From NCBI RefSeq assembly GCF_019420015.1, contig NZ_JAHZIA010000027.1, positions 372 through 64,371 of the forward strand: a stretch of 64,000 nucleotides of DNA, written 5' to 3'. Below are positions 26,671 through 35,171 of this stretch, one piece after another. A model generated the notes under the pieces. That model made no database searches and had not been told where the DNA came from. It worked only from the letters and a program-made list of their open reading frames with translations. A program made the position numbers and the translations under genes. Numbering within the stretch: position 1 is the first letter of the stretch; each line of letters opens with the position of its first letter. The DNA is from Anaerofustis sp. GTDB taxonomy: Bacteria > Bacillota > Clostridia > Eubacteriales > Anaerofustaceae.

Positions 26671-27018
26671 ATGTCTAGACCCAAGAAATATAAAAATGTG
26701 TGTAAAATGCCTAATATTCAATATTTTAAAGGGAATAAAGATAATGACTTGAATCCTATAATGTTAAATATTGAAGAATATGAGGTCATACGATTAATAG
26801 ACAAAGAAGATTTAACACAAGAAGAATGTTCTATTCAAATGAATGTATCAAGACCTACTATCCAGCTTTTATATGCAAACGCAAGAAAAAAAATTGCAAC
26901 ATTTCTTACCACAGGAGCACCTTTGAAAATAGAAGGAGGCTCATATAAACTGTGTAATAAAAGAAATACTCATTGTAACCATAGAAATTGTAAATATCGT
27001 GGTGAATGTAACAAATAA
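26671..27018 (+). CDS. DUF134/UPF0251-family predicted DNA-binding protein
   Basis: MSRPKKYKNVCKMPNIQYFKG... N-terminus, a sigma-70 region-4-like HTH (LTQEECSIQMNVSRPTIQLLYANARKKIA) and a Cys/His-rich tail. Confidence 0.75.
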   Translation: MSRPKKYKNVCKMPNIQYFKGNKDNDLNPIMLNIEEYEVIRLIDKEDLTQEECSIQMNVSRPTIQLLYANARKKIATFLTTGAPLKIEGGSYKLCNKRNTHCNHRNCKYRGECNK

Positions 27019-27046
27019 AAAAGAGCATTAAAATGCTCTTTTTTTA
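27017..27046. terminator. Bidirectional terminator between the DUF134 gene and the convergent HIT gene
   Basis: AAAAAGAGCAT-TAAA-ATGCTCTTTTT. Confidence 0.75.
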
Positions 27047-27382
27047 TGCTTCCCATGTTAACTTTTTTCCGGCAAGAAGGTGAAAATGTAAGTGATGCAC
27101 GCTTTGTCCACCATCTTCTCCGCAATTATTTATAATTCTAAATCCTTTTTTATCAAAACCCTCTGTTACAGCCAGCTTATTGCAAACAGAAATTATATGA
27201 TTTACAATATCGTCATTCTCTTCTATATCCAAAACAGAGTCATAATGTTTTTTAGGAACTATCAAAATGTGGTAAGGCGCAATAGGTTCTATATCCTTAA
27301 AAGCATATACCTTATCATCTTCAAAAACTTTCTTAGAAGGGATTTCACCTTTTATTATTTTACAAAACAAACAATCATTCAT
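27044..27382 (-). CDS. HIT-family (Hint-type) nucleotide hydrolase
   Basis: CLFCKII N-terminus and the histidine triad HHLHFHLL. Confidence 0.9.
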   Translation of the reverse strand: MNDCLFCKIIKGEIPSKKVFEDDKVYAFKDIEPIAPYHILIVPKKHYDSVLDIEENDDIVNHIISVCNKLAVTEGFDKKGFRIINNCGEDGGQSVHHLHFHLLAGKKLTWEA

Positions 27383-27395
27383 AATAATTCACCCT

Positions 27396-28091
27396 TTATT
27401 TTTGTCTTACTATAATATCCTGTCCATCCAAACAATTCTCACCACTGCTAAGTAGATTTGCAATTACATCAGCAACATCCTCAGGCTGCATTATTGTTGT
27501 AGGATCTTCTTCAGGGGCAAGTATCCTTCTAAGCTCCGTTGCACATCTTCCGGGTGATATACAATAAACCTTTATGCCATATTCTCTAAGCTCATCGGCA
27601 AGAGTCTTTGACAAAGATATAACACCGGCTTTTGCCGCTGCATATGCCACCCAGCCCGGTCTTGAAGTTGAGCCTGCAGTTGAAGCAATATTTAATATCT
27701 TAGCATCTCTGCCTTTCATATATCTCACACACGCTCTAATCATTACAAGCATTGATACCGTATTGATGGTAAATGTTCTTTCAAAATTTTCGTTTGTTGT
27801 ATCCAAAAGTGCTGTGGGATTTACAAACCCCGCACCGTTTATGAGTAAATCAATCGAGCCAAATTCCTTTACGACTTCTTGAACTTTTAACTCTATACCT
27901 TCCAAATCCATCATATCATGAGGCAATACCATAACATTACATTTTGGATTCATAAGTTCTTTGGTCTTATTTAGATTGTCTTCGTTTCTTGCCATTAAGA
28001 CAATGTTATCTATACCTTCTTCATTACTCATCTTTATTGCGGTAGCCCTTCCAATCCCTTGACTGGCTCCCGTTATAATACATGTTTTCAT
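27396..28091 (-). CDS. SDR-family oxidoreductase; by context a candidate polyol-phosphate (ribulose-5-P) reductase
   Basis: TGASQGIG cofactor loop and a YAAAK catalytic motif. Lies 8 nt downstream of the IspD/TarI-like gene. Confidence 0.7.
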   Translation of the reverse strand: MKTCIITGASQGIGRATAIKMSNEEGIDNIVLMARNEDNLNKTKELMNPKCNVMVLPHDMMDLEGIELKVQEVVKEFGSIDLLINGAGFVNPTALLDTTNENFERTFTINTVSMLVMIRACVRYMKGRDAKILNIASTAGSTSRPGWVAYAAAKAGVISLSKTLADELREYGIKVYCISPGRCATELRRILAPEEDPTTIMQPEDVADVIANLLSSGENCLDGQDIIVRQK

Positions 28092-28098
28092 ATCTTAC

Positions 28099-28791
28099 CT
28101 ATTCCTTTCCGACTATAAATTCCTTATATATTTCTTCACAAGTAACCAAATCAACAGGTGTTGTTATTTTTATATTGTATAAAGAGCCAGGTAATACTTT
28201 AATCTTTTTACCTGGATTATAATGATAGAACAACGAAGCATCTTCAGTAAAAGACAATCCTTCTTCTCTTGCTTTCTTATGAGCATCAAACAATAATTTT
28301 GAATCAAACTTATGTGGAAGCTGAACATTTACAAGCTCATCCCTAACTAAATTTTCATCTATAAATCCATCTTTTTGTTTTAAAACAGTAAACGGTATAT
28401 CAAGTCCATAAATTGCATTTTCGTTTTCATCACTTATAAGAGCTTCATATTCTTTTTTACTAACAAAAGGTCTTACTGCTTCATGAACAATAATACTATC
28501 CACATCCTGAAGATATTTACACCCTATATAAGTTGATTCCTGACGGCTTTTTCCACCTTCCACACATAAAATATTTTTTTGAATGTTGTGATTGAAAATT
28601 AATTTTTTCATTTCGTCTATATGCTCTTTCGGCGAACATATTACTACTTTTTCAATTTCTTCTATTTTTTCAATTTTTTCCAGTACATGAAGAATAATAG
28701 GTTTACCTCCAAGTAATAAAAACTGCTTTGGTACAGGCCTACCCATTCTTTTACCTATACCTCCGGCTAAAATGATCATTCCTGTTGACAT
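28099..28791 (-). CDS. tarI: IspD/TarI-family cytidylyltransferase (probable CDP-ribitol or other CDP-polyol synthase)
   Basis: IILAGGIGKRMG..VPKQFLLLGGKPI N-terminus typical of IspD/TarI. Sits next to a TagF-family transferase and TagGH. Confidence 0.7.
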   Translation of the reverse strand: MSTGMIILAGGIGKRMGRPVPKQFLLLGGKPIILHVLEKIEKIEEIEKVVICSPKEHIDEMKKLIFNHNIQKNILCVEGGKSRQESTYIGCKYLQDVDSIIVHEAVRPFVSKKEYEALISDENENAIYGLDIPFTVLKQKDGFIDENLVRDELVNVQLPHKFDSKLLFDAHKKAREEGLSFTEDASLFYHYNPGKKIKVLPGSLYNIKITTPVDLVTCEEIYKEFIVGKE

Positions 28792-28814
28792 TTTAACTCC
28801 TCCTTAAAATATTT

Positions 28815-30011
28815 TTATTTTATCATATTAGGTTTTATTAACTCATTAACAAATCGTTCGCTGGCTTTTCCGTCAGCGACTTCGAAAGTCTGTTTTTTAA
28901 ACTCTTTAACCTTTTCTATTTCAAAGTTACCGTTTTTTATATCATGTGCCATAGACAGCGTATCGGTATAAACTTTGCCCGGCAAATCTGTTCTAAAATC
29001 TATATAAAATCCTCTTTCGTCAATATAATCATAATAATCGCTTGCAAAAAACATCATAGGTCTTTCAAGCAAAGAATATTCAAATATTGCCGATGAATAA
29101 TCGGTAATCATTATGTCACTTATCATCATTAATTCATTTATATCGGGATAATCACTTACATCAAACAAGAATTTTTTTAAATTATCATCTATTTCATATT
29201 TCTGTGTTATCCATGGATGCAGTTTTAATAATATGATATATTTATCACCAATAATTTCTTTCATTAGGGAAAAATCCAAATCATCTTGATAATGAGCAGA
29301 AGCTCTGTTATTTCCTCTAAATGTAGGAGCAAACAAAATGATTTTTTTATCTTTAGGCAAAGAATATCTTTCTCTTACATTTTCAAGCAAATTTAATTTT
29401 AACTCATCATTAAAAAATACGTCCGTTCTTGGAATGCCAATATCCGTTCTAAACTTGCTGATATCCGTTCTAAAAGCTTCAGCATAAAACTTAGCATTAT
29501 ATTTACTACCCATTAAACAATAGGTATAATTTGAATGAATGTTTATGATTTTCGCAGTTTTAGGACTAACCCCAAAAGATTTATCTAGGACACTATACCC
29601 TATTTTCTTAAATCCACCACTTGCATGCCATACTTGAATAACTATTGTTTCTTTTCTTACTTTAGTAACGTATAACGGGAAATAATAATCATCTACAATC
29701 ACAAATCTTGATGTTGCAATATGATATTCTGTCACTATATGCGTAAAAACTTTCTTTAATTTTGTTAAAAATGTCTTATCAACAGATTTTGTAAATCGCA
29801 AACAAATTTCAATATCCAAATTTTGACTTTCTATTTCATTATATATATATAATAAATTTCTATCCAGTTTATCTGAACTGTTTGAAGCAATCAAAATCTT
29901 ATTTTTTACTTTAAATATCTTAAATATATTGTAAGAAACTGCTAAAATATTTTTTACTATTCTTTTTTTTAATCTTGTTCTAGAAATAAATCTTTTTATA
30001 ACTCGAAACAT
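28815..30011 (-). CDS. CDP-glycerol/CDP-ribitol polyol-phosphate transferase, TagF/TagB/TarL family
   Basis: VWHASGGFKKIGY, LFAPTFRGN, KLHP and SDIMITDYSSAIFEYSLLERPMMFF are characteristic glycerophosphotransferase-family blocks. Confidence 0.85.
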   Translation of the reverse strand: MFRVIKRFISRTRLKKRIVKNILAVSYNIFKIFKVKNKILIASNSSDKLDRNLLYIYNEIESQNLDIEICLRFTKSVDKTFLTKLKKVFTHIVTEYHIATSRFVIVDDYYFPLYVTKVRKETIVIQVWHASGGFKKIGYSVLDKSFGVSPKTAKIINIHSNYTYCLMGSKYNAKFYAEAFRTDISKFRTDIGIPRTDVFFNDELKLNLLENVRERYSLPKDKKIILFAPTFRGNNRASAHYQDDLDFSLMKEIIGDKYIILLKLHPWITQKYEIDDNLKKFLFDVSDYPDINELMMISDIMITDYSSAIFEYSLLERPMMFFASDYYDYIDERGFYIDFRTDLPGKVYTDTLSMAHDIKNGNFEIEKVKEFKKQTFEVADGKASERFVNELIKPNMIK

Positions 30012-30029
30012 TATTTTCTCCCCATAATA

Positions 30030-31406
30030 TTACAATAATTTCTCTCTGATTTCATCCAACGTTCCATTTTCATCTCTTTGTTCAAGAGTATATTCATCTT
30101 GCATTGTTTTATATGGAAGATAATATACACCATCACCATGATAGTCACTACTTGTAATAATTAACCTTCTAATAGAAGCAAATTTAAAATGTAGCCCTGC
30201 TTCATTATTCCAAAACTCTCCAGCAACTCTATAAGTTCCAGGAAGCAATTTTAAATTAGGAAGAACAAATCTGTAAACATGTCTTCCTACAGAAGAATCT
30301 ACCACATTATTCTCATCTTGTTTACTGGTAGAAAAAACAATTCTATCTTCAATATCTCTAATAGAAAAACAAGCTATTAAATTATTTGCAATTTCTTTTT
30401 TTACTAAATACTCTACTTCAAATATAATAGAAGAATCATATGGGAATTTAACTCTATTTTTTGTATCTTGCTCAAGATTTATAAATCTTGTTTTTACAAG
30501 TTCCCAAATATCTTTTTTTTCAAACACTTCGTTTTCTTTTTCTCGTTCTTCTCTTTCTTTAATTCTCTTTGCAGCTCTAACTTCTTTTAAATAATCTTCA
30601 TAAAGTTTAGAAACCATATCAGTATCGCCTTTTGCCATCAGCTCCCCGTCTTTTATCCACATAGCTTTTGTACAAAATCCACGAATTGTAAACAAACTAT
30701 GACTTACAAAAAGAATTGTTTTACCTTGTTTTCTAAACTCTTCTATTTTTGATAAACACTTTAATTTAAATGTATCATCCCCTACAGCCAAAACTTCATC
30801 AACAATTAAAATATCAGGCTCCACATTTACGCTTATGGCAAACCCAAGCCTTGATTTCATACCAGATGAATAAGTTCTTACCGGTTGATACAAATGATCT
30901 CCTATATCTGCAAATTCAATTATATCCGGAATTCTTTTTTCCATTTCTTCCTCGGGAATACCAAGAGTTGTTGCCTTTAAAAATATATTTTCATATCCGG
31001 TAAGTTCCTTATCAAAACCGGAAGTAAGTTCAAGCAATGCAGAAATTCTTCCATTTACTTCAATAGAACCCTTTGTAGGAGTTGCAACTCCTGTAATCAT
31101 TTTAAGGAGTGTTGATTTTCCTGAACCATTTACTCCAAGGATACCAATTGTTTCACCTTTTGGAAACTTAACATTTATATCTTTTAAAGCATAGAATTCA
31201 CCATATTTAACTTTACTTGAAAAAGCATTTACAACTCTATGCCAAGCTTTTTTATATATTTTATACATTTTTGTAACATTGTTAACACTAACAGCAACAT
31301 TCTCATCCGGTATATCATCAGGCCAATCTTCCAGCATTGTTGCTTTCATTTCATCTGTAATTTCTATATTAACATCAACTGAATTTCTTGTAAATTTTTT
31401 TGCCAT
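30030..31406 (-). CDS. tagH: Glycopolymer-export ABC transporter ATP-binding protein (TagH/Wzt type) with a C-terminal extra domain
   Basis: Walker A GVNGSGKST, signature YSSGMKSRLGFA and Walker B ILIVDEVLAVGD. About 170 further C-terminal residues form a beta-rich domain reminiscent of Wzt carbohydrate-binding domains. Confidence 0.85.
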   Translation of the reverse strand: MAKKFTRNSVDVNIEITDEMKATMLEDWPDDIPDENVAVSVNNVTKMYKIYKKAWHRVVNAFSSKVKYGEFYALKDINVKFPKGETIGILGVNGSGKSTLLKMITGVATPTKGSIEVNGRISALLELTSGFDKELTGYENIFLKATTLGIPEEEMEKRIPDIIEFADIGDHLYQPVRTYSSGMKSRLGFAISVNVEPDILIVDEVLAVGDDTFKLKCLSKIEEFRKQGKTILFVSHSLFTIRGFCTKAMWIKDGELMAKGDTDMVSKLYEDYLKEVRAAKRIKEREEREKENEVFEKKDIWELVKTRFINLEQDTKNRVKFPYDSSIIFEVEYLVKKEIANNLIACFSIRDIEDRIVFSTSKQDENNVVDSSVGRHVYRFVLPNLKLLPGTYRVAGEFWNNEAGLHFKFASIRRLIITSSDYHGDGVYYLPYKTMQDEYTLEQRDENGTLDEIREKLL

Positions 31407-31415
31407 AATAACCTC

Positions 31416-32243
31416 CTATAATACATCAGAAAACTCATTATGGAGTTTTTTATAAAGATATGCCGTTAACAATGTAAATAATAAAGTAAATACTAACATA
31501 TATATAGTATATGAAGGCCTTTCAAAAAACCATATTTTGTTCAAAAATGTATCTCTATATCCTTGTATAAAATAATAAAAAGGATTAAGTTTTAAAATTT
31601 TAAATAATAAAGAACCTTCTGCTAATTTAGACGGAGCCCAAACAACAGGAGACAACCAGAAAAATATCATTGTAGTTGACTTTACAAGTTGTTCAAAATC
31701 TCTGCTTATAACTGATAACGTTGATAAAAAGGTACAAAGCACACACCCAAAGAAAAATAAAAATCCAGTATAATATATAATTTGTAAATAATATATATCC
31801 GGATAATATCCACAAATAAAAAGTACTATCAAGACAAGAACTAATAATATTAAATGCGTAAAAAATAACGACATTACATTAAATATAGGAATTGTTTCAA
31901 CAGGGAATACAACTTTTGTAACCAAATAACTATCTCTTCTTATGGAAGAAATACCTATATTCATAATGTCATTAACAAAAAACCAAGCTATTATACCCGT
32001 CATTAACCAAAAAATAAAAGGAATATTACCATCCATAGGCTTTCCTCCTCTTATCCCGATTTGAATACCAAACCAATAAACGAAAATAAACAAGATAGGT
32101 TTAACAAGAGACCAACCAACTCCCAGAGCTGAGCCAGAATATCTTTTTTTAATAGTCATTTTAGCCATAGCCAAAGATTTTTTTCTATTTTTTATATTGG
32201 ATTTAAAAATATCAACAAAACTCTTAATTGCTTCTTTAATCAT
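31416..32243 (-). CDS. tagG: ABC-2 type glycopolymer-export permease (TagG/Wzm type)
   Basis: Six-TM ABC-2 permease immediately upstream of the ATPase gene. The RYSGSALGVGWSLVKP N-terminal block is typical. Confidence 0.85.
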   Translation of the reverse strand: MIKEAIKSFVDIFKSNIKNRKKSLAMAKMTIKKRYSGSALGVGWSLVKPILFIFVYWFGIQIGIRGGKPMDGNIPFIFWLMTGIIAWFFVNDIMNIGISSIRRDSYLVTKVVFPVETIPIFNVMSLFFTHLILLVLVLIVLFICGYYPDIYYLQIIYYTGFLFFFGCVLCTFLSTLSVISRDFEQLVKSTTMIFFWLSPVVWAPSKLAEGSLLFKILKLNPFYYFIQGYRDTFLNKIWFFERPSYTIYMLVFTLLFTLLTAYLYKKLHNEFSDVL

Positions 32244-32291
32244 TATTGTTTTTTCCTCATAATAAATATTTTTACCATAATTTATCTAATT

Positions 32292-32320
32292 ATGATACTA
32301 TAACTATAAAAAAAAGTCAA
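32292..32320 (-). promoter_or_regulatory. Putative sigma-A promoter of the tagG operon
   Basis: Minus strand: TTGACT (32320-32315), a 17-nt spacer, TATCAT (32297-32292). Confidence 0.4.
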
Positions 32321-32342
32321 ATTATCATCAATTACAAACAAC

Positions 32343-32371
32343 AAAAAAAGCCTTAAAATAAGGCTTTTTTA
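32343..32371 (-). terminator. Intrinsic terminator after the rubrerythrin gene (palindromic, could act in both directions)
   Basis: AAAGCCTTA-AAA-TAAGGCTTT with flanking A/T runs. Confidence 0.75.
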
Positions 32372-32393
32372 TTTATTGTTATGTAATTATATT

Positions 32394-32936
32394 TTAGCCG
32401 AAATATCTCTTAAGTAAACCTTCGAAAGCTTTACCGTGTCTAGCTTCATCTCTTGCCATTTCATGAACTGTATCATGAATTGCATCAAGATTTGCTTCTT
32501 TAGCTCTTTTAGCAAGATCAAATTTACCTGCTGTAGCACCGTTTTCAGCTTCAACTCTCATTTCAAGATTTTTCTTTGTGCTGTCTGTTACAACTTCACC
32601 TAATAATTCAGCGAATTTTGCAGCATGTTCAGCTTCTTCATAAGCTGCTTTTTCCCAGTAAAGACCAATTTCAGGATAACCTTCTCTGTGAGCTACTCTT
32701 GACATTGCAAGATACATACCAACTTCAGAACATTCTCCTTCAAAATTTGCTCTTAAATCTGCAATAATATCTTCGCTAACACCTTTTGCAACACCTACAA
32801 CGTGTTCTGCAGCCCAAGTTCTTTCTCCTGACATTTCTTGGAACTTTTCAGCAGGAACATGACATTGAGGACATTCTGCTGGTGGATTTTCTCCTTCATG
32901 AACATAACCACATACTGTACATACCCATTTTTTCAT
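32394..32936 (-). CDS. Reverse rubrerythrin (N-terminal rubredoxin domain, C-terminal di-iron ferritin-like domain)
   Basis: N-terminus [12 protein letters not shown]...CPQCHVP (two CxxC). EGE...AEH and E..H di-iron ligand blocks follow. Domain order is reversed relative to classical rubrerythrin. Confidence 0.88.
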   Translation of the reverse strand: MKKWVCTVCGYVHEGENPPAECPQCHVPAEKFQEMSGERTWAAEHVVGVAKGVSEDIIADLRANFEGECSEVGMYLAMSRVAHREGYPEIGLYWEKAAYEEAEHAAKFAELLGEVVTDSTKKNLEMRVEAENGATAGKFDLAKRAKEANLDAIHDTVHEMARDEARHGKAFEGLLKRYFG

Positions 32937-33006
32937 AATTAATATCTCCTTTTTAATTTCATTTTATATATTTAACAGCATCATTACATACTGTTATAAA
33001 CTTTTA

Positions 33007-33405
33007 TTACATTTCTGCGACTATTTTCAACTCATCGCTTAAATGATTTTCTTCTTTAATTTTTTTTAGTTTTTTCTCAAGCAACATCGTAAACTCTTCA
33101 TCTTCATAATCAATAATCTCATTCGTTTTCGTATTATATATATGTATATGAAATCCCGTTCTGGCGTCAAAACGCATCATGTTACTTTCGTCGTCTCTTA
33201 CTTTGATTATAACACCTTTATCAATAAATGCTTCCAATATATTGTATACGGTAGCAAGAGAAAATTTGTTTCCCAGCGAATTGAGATGATCTTTTACCAT
33301 ATCCGCACTGGGATGCTCACTGCTGTTAATCAGATACTCCAAAACGGAAATCCTGTTTGGAGTAGCTTTAAGACCGTGACTCCTAATAATTTCTTTTACA
33401 TCCAT
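33007..33405 (-). CDS. Fur-family transcriptional repressor, PerR-like by context; contains no cysteine
   Basis: LKATPNRISVLEYL...HPSADMV...SLATVYNILEAF winged-helix region typical of Fur/PerR. The dimerisation domain lacks both CxxC pairs. Confidence 0.75.
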   Translation of the reverse strand: MDVKEIIRSHGLKATPNRISVLEYLINSSEHPSADMVKDHLNSLGNKFSLATVYNILEAFIDKGVIIKVRDDESNMMRFDARTGFHIHIYNTKTNEIIDYEDEEFTMLLEKKLKKIKEENHLSDELKIVAEM

Positions 33406-33435
33406 ACATTTATTTTCCCTTCCCGGTATTTTAAA

Positions 33436-33450
33436 TTAGAATGATTATAA
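33436..33450. promoter_or_regulatory. PerR-box-like operator upstream of the Fur-family gene
   Basis: TTAGAATGATTATAA matches the Bacillus-type PerR box TTATAATNATTATAA at 14 of 15 positions. It lies about 30 nt upstream of the ATG at 33405. Confidence 0.5.
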
Positions 33451-33548
33451 TTTAATTATATAGGATTTTTATTCTTTGTCAATACTTTTTTACTAAAAAA
33501 CTATATTTTTTTATAAAATTTAAAAAAGAGTTTTATAAAATTCTTCAA

Positions 33549-34001
33549 CTATAAAATTGCCGTAACACCGTATGTAAGACACATTATAAGTATACCTGCC
33601 GTCAACACTCCCGCAACTATAGGCAATATGGCATCTTTAAGCCTTATATCCAAAAAAGCAGCAACCAATGCTCCCGTCCATGCTCCCGTTCCAGGAAGAG
33701 GTATTGCAACAAATATAAATAATCCCCACTTTTGATATTTTTTAACTTTTTCACCTTTTAAATGAGCTTTATTTTCAAGTTTATCTATAAACTCACTCAA
33801 CTTTGGCAAATATTTTCTTATGAGGATAAATATTCTTCTTATAAATAAAATAATAAAAGGTACCGGAATCAAATTCCCCACTACAGAGGCAATATAAGCC
33901 GCAGGGAAACTGAGTCCCGAGGCAATGCCTATGGGAAGACCTCCCCTAAGCTCTATGATTGGTACCATAGAAATAATTAAAGTGTATAAAAAACTATTCA
34001 A
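33549..34001 (-). CDS. Small multidrug export-like membrane protein (COG2426 family)
   Basis: IIELRGGLPIG... and PLPGTGAWTGAL motifs typical of this family. Confidence 0.7.
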   Translation of the reverse strand: MNSFLYTLIISMVPIIELRGGLPIGIASGLSFPAAYIASVVGNLIPVPFIILFIRRIFILIRKYLPKLSEFIDKLENKAHLKGEKVKKYQKWGLFIFVAIPLPGTGAWTGALVAAFLDIRLKDAILPIVAGVLTAGILIMCLTYGVTAIL

Positions 34002-34109
34002 AATCTTTATTCCGTTTCTCTTTCTTTTAATATTACTGAACTTTATATAATATTATAATAAATATTTAAGTTTATCAATCTATTTAATGATTTCTAATGT
34101 AAATATAAT

Positions 34110-34137
34110 AAAAACGGATATGTACTATCCGTTTTTA
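34110..34137 (-). terminator. Intrinsic terminator after the M23 peptidase gene
   Basis: AAAACGGATA-loop-TATCCGTTTT with a T-run on the minus strand. Confidence 0.75.
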
Positions 34138-34147
34138 CTAGCAAATG

Positions 34148-34912
34148 TTATCTATACAATGTATTTGGATTAATATATTCTTTATCCCTTTTTACCCCAA
34201 AGTGTAAGTGGTAATCATCGGCTATTTCAAAATTGGCACTCTTTCCGACGCTACCGATAACATCACCTTTGTTTACTCTCTGACCTTTTTTTACATTAAT
34301 ATTCTTATTTAAATTTGAATAAACACTGTAAAATTCATTACCATGATCGATTTCAACACTGTATCCCAGTTTATCGTCCAAGTATACCCTTTTTACTTTT
34401 CCGTCCATTATACACTTAACATTTTCATTCTTTTCTGATTTTATGTCAATTCCGGTATGAGAAGAAGAATATTCGTTTAATGTTTTCGAATATACAGGAG
34501 TTGTATTGTAACTGTAATCCATTATTATTTCAGCACTCTTAACCGGTCTTTCCACAGAAGTCAAATCTAACTTTGAAATATTCACTGCACTTTCAGATTT
34601 ATTATTTTTATCATCATTATTCTCAGTGCTTTTTTCTTTCTTATCTATATCGGATTTCTTTTGTTCTTCTTTTTTAGTATTGTCATCACTTGCAACTTTC
34701 GGCTTTACCGTATCACTCATAACAGATTTATTCGTTATTCTGTCCTCATTTATATCCGACACCTTTACATTGCTTTTGTTTACAATACCTGCAAACAGTA
34801 CTCCAACAATCAAAAGAGTGGAGCAACCTATACATAATTTTGAAATGAATTGTTCTTTCTTATTCATGATTACTTTCTTTTTAACTTTTCTATTTTTCTT
34901 ATCCACTGTCAA
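34148..34912 (-). CDS. Membrane-anchored M23-family metallopeptidase (LytM domain)
   Basis: N-terminal TM and a low-complexity K/D/N linker. The C-terminal HTGIDI ... HLHF motifs are the M23 zinc ligands. Confidence 0.85.
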   Translation of the reverse strand: MTVDKKNRKVKKKVIMNKKEQFISKLCIGCSTLLIVGVLFAGIVNKSNVKVSDINEDRITNKSVMSDTVKPKVASDDNTKKEEQKKSDIDKKEKSTENNDDKNNKSESAVNISKLDLTSVERPVKSAEIIMDYSYNTTPVYSKTLNEYSSSHTGIDIKSEKNENVKCIMDGKVKRVYLDDKLGYSVEIDHGNEFYSVYSNLNKNINVKKGQRVNKGDVIGSVGKSANFEIADDYHLHFGVKRDKEYINPNTLYR

Positions 34913-35171
34913 ACCTCCCCAAACAAATCAATTCACAGCTTAATATTGAAATATTTTTATATATTATTACCCACTATAAAACTTTTAAACATGTCACAAA
35001 AATTTTTATTAAAATATTAGAATAAATAAATCTCAAACAATAAAATCGAATTTATTTATATTGTTAACTTAAAATTTCCATTTATACCCAAAATATGGGG
35101 AAAAACAAAAAAATACTTTTAAATACTCGGGTTTTGGTGTATAATTCCATAAGAGAAAACGGAGGGATAAC

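Noticed and set aside
32937-33006. PerR/Fur box directly upstream of the reverse rubrerythrin gene
   Set aside because: The best candidate (TTATAACAGTATGTAA region on the minus strand) has too many mismatches to TTATAATNATTATAA. Only the box upstream of the Fur-family gene is convincing.
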